64,000 nt of DNA from Fimicolochytrium jonesii (lineage: Eukaryota): positions 434,001 to 498,000 of the forward strand of contig NW_026515679.1 in the NCBI RefSeq assembly GCF_025526975.1, read 5' to 3'. The notes under the pieces were generated by a model, which made no database searches, was not told the origin of the DNA, and saw nothing but the letters and a program-made list of their open reading frames with translations. The translations under genes and the position numbers were made by a program. Position 1 is the stretch's first letter. Each line of letters begins with the position of its first letter. Positions 34,646-47,932 of the stretch are shown piece after piece.

Positions 34646-37600
34646 ATGAAGCATCCTGAGGAGACCTCCAGTGGACACACAGCCATGCCCGTCCGCCGGA
34701 CTAAAAATCCCTCAAAGGGAGCCCTACAGGGGGCTTCCACGCAAACATTGACCACCAGGTCTAATGTCAGCCAGCCATCGTCATCGTCACTGCAATCCGG
34801 ACAATCAGAGGGCAGGTCTCAAAATCTGAAACACATGCCGGCCACGGGCAAGCGGAGTAAGGCCCTGATGGCTCGGGACTATTGGAATTGGAACAAGATG
34901 CAAAATGAGTTCCGGCCCTCCTGGAAAAACATCGTGTTGTTGCTATGGCTGCTGCCAGGAATCGCGGTAAGTCTAAGTGATCGGGGCTCGTGTCGCTTCT
35001 AATTCCATGTTGCTGATTTGCTTCGAATGTAGATATCGCTGGTCATCCTCTTCCTGACCAGGAGAGCATCAAGTGCTGCTGAAAGACAGCCGCTCCATTC
35101 CGATTGCCTCTCAACGGCCGCCGGCTTATCGAGCGCTCTACAACGTAAGTACGTTTGCTTGCTTGAGATACTTTGTTTTCCGAAGCTGACACTCGGCTGC
35201 ACATATAGGACCCAACACACAAATGTGAGCTCCACCTATGAATGCCTGGTGCAACATCTAATCCCTTCCCCAAGGTCTAACATCATTCCTTCAATAGCTA
35301 CGCTTACAGATGGTACTTCGACTCTGGTGTCCTTGTGGACCAGGCATCTTACCAGCGGTTCAGCGATGCCAGAATAGAAGACAAATCGCTGGTACTATTT
35401 TTCTTGTCACGTAAAGTTTCTGAAAGGGAGCAGTACACTCATACGTTTCTTCCAGGTGCCATGGGTCGGCTACGCTCTTTACGTCAAAGATCCCGAGAGA
35501 GCAGCTTGGGAGACAGCACATAACAGCACGATTTCACAATTCCGCTCGAACGATGACATATCGCAGGCCATTTACAGTAACTCGAACATGCCTGTCCGGG
35601 CCCGAGATGCCGTTGATTCCTATTTCCCAGTGCAATTCGTGCCAACGGGGAATGACTCGTTGATCGGTCTCGACGTAGGAAGTGGGCAGTCACTTCAGCA
35701 AACAATCTTTCAAGCGACATACAGCAAGTCCTTGAGCGTCAGTCCTCAGGTAAACACGCAAGTCGACTTCTGTGAGTCCGTCTCAGGCGTACTCCGGTGT
35801 ACTAAATCTCTCGTTGCAGATCATTGTCAACCTACCATCTGGAACAAGCCAAGCATACCAATATGCACTTCCGTGGCCCGGTTTAAACAGCGGTTTAAAC
35901 AATAGCCGTGAAATAATCGAAGGGGTATTCTTTGGGGTAAGTGTGCGCTCGGCGAAGTGCCAAAGTGGGTAGCAAAGAAGTGGAAAGTTAACATCTTGCT
36001 TCCGAACAGCTTATAGTTGTCCAGCCGCTCATTGACGACGTCGTTGAGGCAACGACGAGAAATGTCAGCGTGGCGATCCGAATCTTGGACGCCACTGACA
36101 GGAACAATGTCATCTACACGTATCCAAGGTATGCGTTTCATTGAGCTGTTCTGGTTTCTCACAAGAGTAAAGTGTATCTGGACTCGGAAACTCACATTCG
36201 TTTCCTTTTCTCATAGCGGCAATACAGCGAACGACAACACCGTCGGGTACTACAACATTGCTTTTGCGGATCGAAGATGGATCCTGCAGTGCTCAGGACG
36301 TGCTCCGGTTCTTCCGGGCCCATATCTAGCGTTTGGTGAGTTGCAAGTAAATACTAGAGACACTGGACTCTTATACTAACTTTTGTTTCCTTCCACAGTG
36401 TTCTCAATGCTCTTCTTCTTAACCTCAGCCCTCCTGACGCGTTGTTGCATGAAGAAATGTGCCATGAGGCGCGACAATGGGATGTTAATCGAGAACCCTA
36501 GAATGAGCGAGCGGCAGATTGATTGGATGCGATCCAATGCATTCTCCATCTTGAATGCCATTCGCGACCCACTATTCATCATCGACAAAGAAGGCTATAT
36601 CATCGACTCCAATGATGATGCCTACGTTTTGACCAAGTACGGAACTGAAGACCTCATATTCGGCATGCACATATCCAAGGTGTTTCCGGGGATCCTGGCT
36701 ATCAAAGCCAAGGAGATCAAGAAGGAGAAAGCTCAACAACCGAAGCTGTCCCATCCTCCCGGGCCTTGGGCAAGCAGTTACGCCCTGGAAAATGGGGCGC
36801 ATCACTCCGGAGGCGCATCAACACCTGAAATGCAGCAACACGGGGTCCCGCCCCATAATCATAGCGCGGATAGCGTGGTGGTTGAGATTGACAAAACGTA
36901 TCTGGAAATTCCGGGTATAACGCAGGGGGAGCGTGAACGTCCGGCTGCTGTCGACAAATCAACCGCGGAGCTGATGCCGCCTGGAGTCGCCGAAGCCATT
37001 CTGCGAACAAAAGATGGAAGGGAACTCTACGTCGAGGCGAACTTCTCGCCCATCATCGATTGCCAGGACGGACGAGAGAAGATCCAAATCATTATGTTCC
37101 GTGATATCACCTCGTGGAGAAACCAAGTACGAGATGCAGTGGAAGCTAAGGAAGCTGCAGAGCTAGCACGGAACGAAAACACGGACTACTTGTCGTTTGC
37201 CACCCATGAGTTGAGAAGTATGGACATACTCGCAGCATTCTCCTTCTCGCCTGCTCGTTGTGCTGACATTCCTGATATTTTGCAGATCCTTTGCACGTCA
37301 TCGTCGGCCTTAATGGCATTCTGATGCAGTCGCTGTCGCAGACACTCAAGGGGCTAGACCTTGATTCAAGTGGTTCCAAGGATAGCAGCTCCAGAGATCT
37401 CACCAGAAGTTTATCGGTTGCTTCACCTCAAGCACTGTCACCTCAGGCGTTGTCCCCCGCGCTTCCCCCGACTTCGCCCGGCATTACTAGGCCCTTGTCA
37501 CCTGGACTGATCGGCCAGCCTGGTGGTATTTCTTCGCATAGTGCCAACACATCGCACAGCGAGGCCTTAGACCATCTAGCATCTATATCGGACGCTACTC

Positions 37601-39618
37601 GCGTGATGCGATCTATCCTGAACGATACTCGCATGTTGTCGAAGGTCGAATCCGGAACAATAGAGTTCCAGAAAACCGCGTTCGACCTGAAAGACTTGCT
37701 TCAGCGAATCTACAAGTCGCAGATGGTCTATTGTGAGACATACAAAGCACAAAAATTCGCTTTGGATGCAGAAAATTCTGCAACGGAAACAGTCAAGAAC
37801 GTCTCGATACAATTGGAGCTGAAAGGCCTCGAGGAAGAGGCGCGAATCGGGTCATCGGAGAACATTGCCGGGCTTAGCTCCACTGACAACGCAACAGACA
37901 CTACCTCGTTGAAGGGCTGGTTCCCTACCAACATCAAGGCAGATCCAGCGCGCCTGGCCCAGGTTTTGACTAGCCTCATCAACAACGCTTTCGAACACAC
38001 CGAAAAGGGGTCCGTCACTCTCCGTGTTATTGTCGAAAATGTCCGGCAGGTAGGTGAAGGACCTCGCAGTCCGGCCTCCGTTTCCAGGAAGTCGCGGAGT
38101 AGGTTGGATATGAATCGACCGCGCGCTCAAGTCCTGGTGCGTTTCGAAGTCGAAGACACTGGGCGTGGAATGCCTCGTAGCGAGATGCCTAAGCTTTTCA
38201 AGTCGTATGCTCATGGCTCCGTCGGTAAGGTAGTCTCTCGGAAGTCGTCATACAGCATGCATCTCTGCTCATTCTTGTGAACTTCGTAGATCGCACATTG
38301 GGTTCGCGAAGCATTTCCCTCAATGTGGCCTATGCAATGCTTGCGCTCATGGGGGCTGAGCTTCAGGCCTTCTCAACGGTCGGACAAGGGACAACGATCT
38401 GGTTCTCACTGTGGTTCGACGTTGCCGAACAGTCCTTACCCAGGACTGGTTCTTACGAGGATATGGAGGATCCAGACTCAGCCCTGAAGCCGATTGGTGT
38501 CGTCAACCCGAATATGGGCATCCGCGAGGCGCGGAGGGAGATATCCATACCACAAGAAAAGGAAAAGCTCGCAGTCGATGACTTCGATGGTGCTGAGACC
38601 TTGCCGGGTCCGGTCCTTCGCACGACAGAACCTCCGAGCATTGGAGTGACCACAGGCCCTACCAACCAGTTCGAAAGCATCACAGGTGGATCAGCTCCCG
38701 GCAATAAGGAAGCGAAACCCCAACCACGTAAAGGACTGGAACAAAGAGCCCAGACCTCGATCCGGCGAAGCCGCAGCGGTGCAGATGAACCAAGTTCGAA
38801 AGAAGTATTGCTACGATCGAACACGACAATCGGAACTGCAGTGACCAAACAGCCGAGCGAAGAGCCTCAGGAACAGGAAAAGGGCAACGATGCTCCGAAG
38901 GGAGAGTCATCCAAACTGCCCGCTCGAAAGTCTACCTCCGCCTCGAAAACCGCAAAGAAGCCGAAGACTGCTGCCCGCCGCCTGGGGACTCATCCTTCTA
39001 AGGACAGGGCTATTCGTGTGCTTGTGGTGGAGGACAACGAAGTCTTGCTCAAGATTGCTGGAACAACCCTCGCCCGTGCCGGATTTGAGGTGCAGCAGGC
39101 TGTCAATGGTGAACAAGCCATAAACAAAGTCCTCGAGCTGGGCGACAAGTACTTTGATGTGGTGCTGATGGTGAGCACCGACAAGCGTGGTCCCTCTTAC
39201 CTACATGTCACTAATCATTGACTGCTTTGTTTCTTCAAATAGGATTTGCTTATGCCTGTAATGGACGGTTTCCAAGCTACAGAGGAGATCCGTCGCCGTG
39301 GGTGGACCATGCCTGTGATTGCATTGACAGCGAAGACTCTGGAATCGTAAGTGCAACCTATGTGTGATTACCCCCCCCCCCCCCCCCCCCCGTAGATGAA
39401 GGCTAATTTGCTGTCGCACCCACTCCGTACTTTACAGGGACCGATTGAGATGCTTCAAGATCGGGTTCAACTACTTCATGACCAAGCCGTTCCAGCTAGG
39501 TGACATCGCGACTGTCATTCGATTTATGGTTGGAGCGGAGGCAGAGCAACAAGCTCAAACCCCGGGTGAAGGCCCGGTGCAGCCCACTTATGGTGGTCCA
39601 TGGTCGAAATTCGCTTGA
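34646..39618 (+). CDS. Hybrid histidine kinase: TM-CHASE-TM-PAS-HisKA-HATPase-receiver
   Basis: [20 protein letters not shown]-like [76 protein letters not shown]-box [18 protein letters not shown]-box [12 protein letters not shown] and G1 [42 protein letters not shown]. Confidence 0.9.
39371..39391 (+). repeat. Poly-C tract (21 nt) inside last intron of histidine kinase gene
   Basis: Homopolymer read directly. Confidence 0.9.
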
Positions 39619-40154
39619 GGACAAAAGTAGGCATGGCGCAGGCATTTTGAGGGCGTTTTGAGGTGGGCTTTCATGCCCGCGCTTTCTCGGACCTTCAGGA
39701 ATTTTGGGACTCTTCCTCTCATCGTTGACTTCATGACGAGGACATTTTTTGGACGGGTTTCAGCGGTCCGACGGAATGCTTGCATGGTGGTGTCGTTGCT
39801 TGACTTCTGTGGGCATTTTTTTGGACAGTATATGGAAAGACTTCTACGCACGATTGTAATATACATTTTGGGTCTTCGTTTGTCCGCATATTCACATTCA
39901 TGCTCTTGGGTAAAAGAACGACGGGAAGCTCATAATGTAGAATGTCACTCGGAGTTGTCTTTCTCACTAATCCCGATTTCGACAAGCCGCCCGTGATTGA
40001 CGGCTTGCCGCCGTTGCCACCACCTTTGTTTCACGCCTTTACTGTGGAGGCGTAGTACTCACACCATGATATACATCCTTCCCGTTCTCCAGGTGCGCTG
40101 ATCCTATGGCGTTTGATTAGGTAGGTGGTTTTTTTGGAGTCGGCCTTTCGTCAA

Positions 40155-41376
40155 TCAATCATCTTCTTCAAGAGATAGCTCGCCGTCCTCCAACGCAGCT
40201 GAATCAACCGTGCTGGCTTTTGGTACATGGTCCTTTTTGGGCCCCACTTTCGTCGAATGACCTTCGTGTACCCCCCCCGAGTTCTCCTCTTGGTCTTCCC
40301 CAGTGGAACTCATAGCTCGCCAGCGTGCCATATCCGTGATCAGCAGATAAGGCTTTACAGGTATTACCCTGATGGCCCACAAGGCAGTGGTTCTCAGGGA
40401 GGAATCCTCAAAATCCGTCACTAAGGAAGCGAACGCGGAGATGATGTCGTATGCGACGAAAAGCCCCACTCGAAAGCAATGCGCGAGCACAAAATAGATA
40501 TGCTCTCGTCTCCCACTTTTAGAGCGCGAGGCGATTCGGTATAGCCTGATAAAAGCGGTGTTTTAAAGTTAGTTCACGGAGCTATGACGCTAGCACATGT
40601 CCACTTACGATTGGAAAGTGAATGCGCCGATGAGACAGTCAATCACCATCCCGTATGCTTGAAGAAAGGAAGAACCGGTGCAATAGTTAGGCATATTCTA
40701 GTCCACGCCCCTCAAAAGCCCTGTCGTATTACCCCAATCCAACGTAACAAGACCAAAGTTATACCACGAATCATAGTTGTCCTGCCTCATCGCATATTCG
40801 ATTGTTGGAATCAACTCTACAAGAAAAGAGAGGGTTATAGCAGTCAGCTGAGTTGGGATGGGGATTCCAATATGAGAGGCCCTCACCGTTCGCTAGAGTA
40901 ATGGGAAACTGTAGGAAGACTGCGACCCGAAATGTCCGGGAAACCCAACGGGGCAGGAACAACGAAGCAGCCTGCTCGACTCGCCGATAGTTGAGGTACA
41001 AGACCGTTTGTGTCTTAAGCGCCGCAAGGGCAGACCTCACGGTGTAGTACACGACATTCGCTTCGTATCCGTGTTCTCCGTATTCGTCCAGCCATGTGCC
41101 AGTGTTTGCTATATATTGCCAAAATGCTGCCAGAAAGTTCGCGGCAACTGCGGCAAAGAAAACATACAATGTCGCCCGGTCCTTCAGGAGAAGGATCCTA
41201 TCGCCGAGAATCGCAAGCAAATACGCATGTAGCGCAAAGCAAACGATCTGGTTTGACATGTAGATAGTCAGACCTACATTGGACAAGGCCAATTGAGTCG
41301 CTTCCTTAACAGCTTCGTCCAAGTTCGATTGAGTGTAAAGCAAGGCCCCCGGATCCGCCATCGTGGCGTTATCCAT
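40155..41376 (-). CDS. Seven-transmembrane (GPCR-like) membrane protein, 4 exons
   Basis: The hand-spliced product has seven hydrophobic segments (LTIYMSNQIVCFALHAYLLAIL, LYVFFAAVAANFLAAFW, VVYYTVRSALAAL, VAVFLQFPITLA, FGLVTLDWAYGMVIDCLIGAF, IYFVLAHCFRVGLFVAY, ALWAIRVIPVKPYLLI), an N-terminal NAT sequon and an acidic C-tail. Confidence 0.65.
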
Positions 41377-42055
41377 CCTATCAATCTGGCTGTCGATGTC
41401 CCAATTTCAGTTGTAAACAAGTCGTCGACATCGAAGGTTGATGGTCACAGGAGAGACGAGGTTGAGATTGTCCCTATAGGCCCGGAGAGGCCATTAGGCA
41501 CACTCAAGAGGGGTGTGTGATGGCTACGGAGGTCTTCCTGTGCTGTCGGGAAGTCAGTTTGGGACTCGGCAATTCTCGCACTGGCAATGGCTGGCAATGG
41601 CGAGGGCTCCCGTCGGAGTGAGGACAAGGCGTGAATCTGCGGGCGTTTCTGTGCGCGTATCCGCGTTGCCAAGCACTGTCAAGTTGCGCTAACTACAGTA
41701 CGTATGGTGTCCTGATCTTCATTATTGAAGAAAGCTTTCAGGAGCCCCTGTCAATCAAATGTAGGGAACGGCTTACGCAACCACTTTTTGACGGCTTTCC
41801 AGATGTAGCGAGCATGATCGGGGGTATTGGGAGCAGTTGACCATACATACCTTCTTTATCCTGCTTTGTCTTGCCTGTCCAGCTTATCCTCATGGCCGAG
41901 GACTCATATCATGAACTCTTGGGACTCCCTCCTCTCCGGGTGCGGGAGACGGTTGAGCTCAACATCCCGTTACCGCCAAGGTACTGTCAATTATGGAGTC
42001 CAGAGATGTATAGAATGCCGACTCGGGCCTCATGTTTTTCCTTTTGAAAAGTCAA

Positions 42056-43299
42056 ATGGTGCAGGATGACGCCGCTTTAAGGATTCAGAGAGGATGGAAA
42101 GCGTATGTCGATCGACGGACTTTCGGGTGGTTGAAGGAGAATCTATTACGAGCGGTGAGTGCTCCTAGTTACTTCAGCGCCATATCGGGAACTTTGACCA
42201 CTGAAAGGTGTTCCCCTCCCCCCCCCCCCCCCCCCCCCTCCCTCCCTCCCGGGTATCAAGGAGCGTTCTATGACGATGGAAATCTTACGCAGGCTTGCAC
42301 CGAAAGAAGCCGAGCTGATGCGCGACCCTGTGTTTGAGGCTAGGATCAGATTCCGGTGCGTTGGACATTATGGCGTTGGACGCAATGCCCTGAAACTCAC
42401 ATCCAAGACGCACCACAGCTTTGGAGGCACTTCCTTCCCACCGACCATCATGTATAAGATTTATACGAAAAGCAACAGCGTGCATTACTACAGCGGAAAT
42501 CGTGTGATCCAGTCTCATACGCAGGTGAATATTGATCCTGCATTAATGTGTCGCCCCGAACGGCACTATCGCCCCGGGCGTGTCTTGGCGATGTGATCTT
42601 CTCGCTTACAATATGTGTTTGTTCCATGCCAGACAGGCGGCCGTTGATTCCTGCACGATCATGGGTGTTCGCTTGTATGCAGAGAACCTGATTCGGACGG
42701 AGCAACAGAATCGGGCTTTGAAGATGCCACATTCTGATCAGGTGACGAACCGGCTGGAGTTCATACAGGTATGTTTGTAAAAGCACCGCGGGAAAGGTAT
42801 ATGATAACGGACGTCTTGACACCATAGCACATGAGCTCCCTGGACCAAAAGCCTGCATACATGGGTGGCCGCAACAACGGGTGGCGGGAGATGAACGTAA
42901 CGCGTAAGTCACCCGCTGTCCTTTCCTTGCATTGACCTGGACCCCGTTGCTGAAGGATATCCGCATGAATTGCAGCATATGCAGGGCTATCTGAGTGTGT
43001 TTTCGACGTTAGAAGGAGAGGAGGTGTGCCGGAACGGAGAGCTTTGCCGTGGAAACGGAGGTGAGCTTCTTGCCAAGATCCATCGCCAAATCAGGTCCTC
43101 ACTGAAACGGACTCCTTCGCAGACCACAAAAACCGGGAAATTGCGGTAAAGGGCGGAATGAACCACGGTTCGGAAAAGCGGGGGATGATCGGCAAATGTA
43201 CAAACATGAAGACGATCTTTGGGAAGACGACGACTTTGATCCATTGTTTGCGTGGACGAACAACCTGAATCTGGAGTCGCTGGTGGACTATGTGCTTGA
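42056..43299 (+). CDS. CXorf58-like protein with N-terminal IQ-like motif (3' end uncertain)
   Basis: Spliced: AALRIQRGWKAYVDRRTF..|ERSMTMEILRRLAPKEAELMRDP..IRFR|FGGTSFPPTIMYKIY..|LDQKPAYMGGRNNGWR, resembling the CXorf58 family of ciliated eukaryotes. Confidence 0.65.
42218..42238 (+). repeat. Poly-C tract (21 nt) inside first intron of CXorf58-like gene
   Basis: Homopolymer read directly, flanked by CCCT repeats. Confidence 0.9.
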
Positions 43300-43608
43300 G
43301 GAATAGCTGTCACTTGTGAATATGAAGTTCTGTACGGCGAGAAGCTAGAACGCTGCATCGCTGTTAGTGCCCGGTGTAAACATCCCCCGCCGTATGTCGT
43401 GCAACTGATGCATACCCATGCTTTTCAGGGATCAATCTAGGTAACAGGCGGTTCAATCTTCCCAGAAACAATCAGACTCTACATATGATTCAGATTAAAT
43501 ACTACAGGTACAGGTGGGCACGTTAACGCACGAGAGGTGCGATGACTGGCAGTGTTGTGTGATGAAACGGGCACTGCAATACGGATGCCAATGAAGCGAC
43601 ATAGTCGT

Positions 43609-44231
43609 CTATGGCTTGAAGGTCTTCTTCGCCGTGAACGGATCCCACACTGGCTCAACACCCTCTCCCCCAGTACGTCCGGCAGGTATGACCGGCTGTC
43701 CACTAGTAAGCTTCTTCTCTTGGCCATCCCTACTGTCGCACAAAAACCCAAGCTTCTGCTCGATCTCTCTGGGAGTGTCGTGCGAGCAATCCACCACCAC
43801 TTTTTTTCCAGAGGCATATTGCGCAACTAGCGCCGGTTTTCGATATAAGTCTGGCCGGACACATATCTCGACATATGGCCGTGCTTTTGCGATATGTACT
43901 ATCCGGTTTTTGATGAAGTCGACCATCCCGGCGCTGTTTCCCCCTGCGCCGACCCGAGGATGGCAGTAGTGGACTGTGAGCTTGTTTATCTGCGGGACAA
44001 AGACCCCTCCAGCTCCATTGTGACCGTGGGAGCTCTTGTCCTAGTAAAGGGAGAACATTAGACAGCGGACACAGAAGCAACGAAGGCACCCATCAATTTC
44101 AGCTTCGCCTCGGTTCGCTCTCCTCGCAGGTGATGTTCACCTGTTGTCCCGCTGCTTACATTTGGTGGTAGGATTCGTTTCTGCAGGCCAGCGTCTTGCA
44201 GCTTCTTTATCAGTTGCCGTGCTGCCGACAT
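43609..44231 (-). CDS. MRPL51: Mitochondrial large ribosomal subunit protein mL43 (L51/S25/CI-B8 domain)
   Basis: Spliced: MSAARQLIKK..PPN|DKSSHGHNGAGGVFVPQINKLTVHYC..GGNSAGMVDFI..P.LVAQY.SG..VEPVWDPF. Confidence 0.8.
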
Positions 44232-44834
44232 AGTGATTCGATATGCTCCGACCGGTTGCAAGCACAGCAAGAGGCCCTAGTGTGATTTATGGCTATCGGG
44301 TAACGGAAAACCTGGCATCAGTGCTGTGCTTGAGGGGTTGCCTGGCCTGCCAGAGCAGTTCTCACCGATTGACTTGAACTTACCAGAAACTCCCTAAAGT
44401 GGTGATTCGCGGTGCACACACTTGTTTTTGAACCGTCTCCGCTGGAAGTATCCTCTTGTGGTAAGGGAGATTTGAGTCTCTTGGCGTGGGTTAGCTGCTG
44501 TTGGCAGTGAGAGATCGTCGTGGTCGCACTTCAGGTTGCAATTGTTGACGAGGAGTGGCCTAGTGGCTTTCTGAGTTCTCGTCGTCGCGTTCGCCCAGGT
44601 TTTTCGCATTTGCAATTGCAGTACAGTGCTGCAATCCCCGTCCACCGACAACGCCTCGGAGGCAGCGATATCTATACGGTCCTCTTCGGGTTAGGACCGA
44701 CCGGGACGCCGCCTCCAACTACGGAATACTTTCCCATACTTCTTTGGTTGCTTCTTCTGCATCCAGTCGTTACGACCATTGTGAATTACTGGGCAATCAC
44801 CACGACGACGACAAGCTTAGCGTTGAACGGCAAA

Positions 44835-46127
44835 ATGGGTTTCTCGAGGTTAGCACAGTCAGGGTGTCGCCAGGCAATCCAGTCATCCGGCTTCTCCAGC
44901 GGGAAAACATTACGGACGACAGCTTCCACTCCGCTCCGCACGACCGACTTTTCGACCAGAGCGGCTCAATTATGGCAGCTGCTGAGGATCCCTGGGAGAT
45001 CGTGCTCAACAGTACCAAAATTCCCACGACAAACTTCACTGCGAACCACGGCCGTGATGGCCGCCCCTACTCGCAGTAGCCATCGCTCCCAATATACCTC
45101 TGTAAAGCCGACGAACCTGGAACCACACCACGAGCGCCTTTTCATCATTGTCGCTTTGATCGGAGTAGCAGTAACAGCCGGCGACATATATTACATCCTC
45201 TACATGCACGAGCCGATGCCCGCCACCTTATCACCCGAGAAATTTCAAGCCTTCAAACTCCAGGAAATCATCCCATTAACCCACGACACCTCCTTATTCC
45301 GGTTCGCCACCCATTACCCGCAAGCGGATTCGCCGGCGGGAATACCTGTGCCGTCGCATGTGGTCGTGAAGGATGATACCTGCCAGGTTGCTAGGTCATA
45401 TACGCCGATCACGTATACGCGGACACACTTTGATCTGCTTGTGAAGAAGTACGAGGGCGGAAGCGTGAGCAAGTTTTTGCATGCGACACCTGTGGGAGAC
45501 AAAGTGGAGATGAGCGGGCCTATGGTGACTCTACCATATGAGCCAAACCTCGTTTCGGAGATTGGAATGGTATGATGATGGGTGAAGCCGCCTGAGCGCA
45601 CATTCCCGATGTCTCAATCTCGCTATCCGTTTCTGTAGATCGCTGGTGGAACCGGAATCACGCCCATGTACCAACTTATCAAACGGATTCTGCGAGACCC
45701 CAATGACCACACAAAGATCTCACTGATCTACGCCAACCGAAGTGAAGACGACATTGTTCTCCGTCAGGAGCTTGAGCTTCTTGCGACTTCGAGACCGGAT
45801 CGGTTGAAAGTCGTTTACACCATCGATCAACCAAAGACTCCTACGTGGACAGGAAATGTTGGGTTCGTCAATGCGGATATGATCAAGAAATACCTCCCTG
45901 CTCCTGGTCAAGGGACGGAGGCTGCGATTCTCATTTGTGGACCTGATGGGTGAGTCCTATTACCTCTGATCCGGAATATTGGAAGTGCACGGTCATTGAT
46001 CTTGATGTCTACCCTTAGTCTTGTTGCGCATGTGGCAGGGGCGAAGAAGAACGACGAAGAGCAAGGGCCATTGGGAGGCATACTGCTGAAGTTGGGCTAT
46101 CAACAGCGACAGGTCTTCAAGTTCTGA
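44835..46127 (+). CDS. NADH-cytochrome b5 reductase-family flavoprotein, mitochondrial (Mcr1/Cyc2-like)
   Basis: Arg/Ser-rich presequence plus TM, then LTHDTSLFRF, ARSYTP, LLVKKYEGGSVS, GM|IAGGTGITPMYQ, LIYANRSEDDI, ICGP and LGYQQRQVFKF. Confidence 0.88.
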
Positions 46128-46399
46128 GGCGTATGCGAGTGTGCGGGCGGGAACGCCCCTTTTAAGTTAACTAGATCAAGACGCGCAGAGCAAGCGTACG
46201 TAAGATCTGAACGTACAGTAGAACTGCTCTGGTAAGCAGCTGGGACGACAATACGGACATCAATTATACAGATGTGGATATGTACAGGTGTCTCTGCCTT
46301 CTCACGTAGTGTGCATAACATAAGATTCCCTACACTAGACGGACGTTCCTTAAGGAAACGGAACGGCTGATCCGAGTATGCTGGCGAAGAAAATGCGCT

Positions 46400-47852
<1,453 letters not shown>

Positions 47853-47932
47853 TCACTCGCTTCCAACAACGACCAGCTCCCTCCATGTCCACTTGACATT
47901 GCTCCAGTTTCCCCACCACTGCTTCATCCAGA

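Noticed and set aside
34158..34678. Short ORFs between Fanzor and the histidine kinase
   Set aside because: No motifs. Most likely promoter/5' UTR of the kinase gene.
44520..44834. Upstream extension of the cytochrome-b5 reductase ORF
   Set aside because: Non-ATG start. The ATG at 44835 has AAAATG context and begins a plausible presequence.
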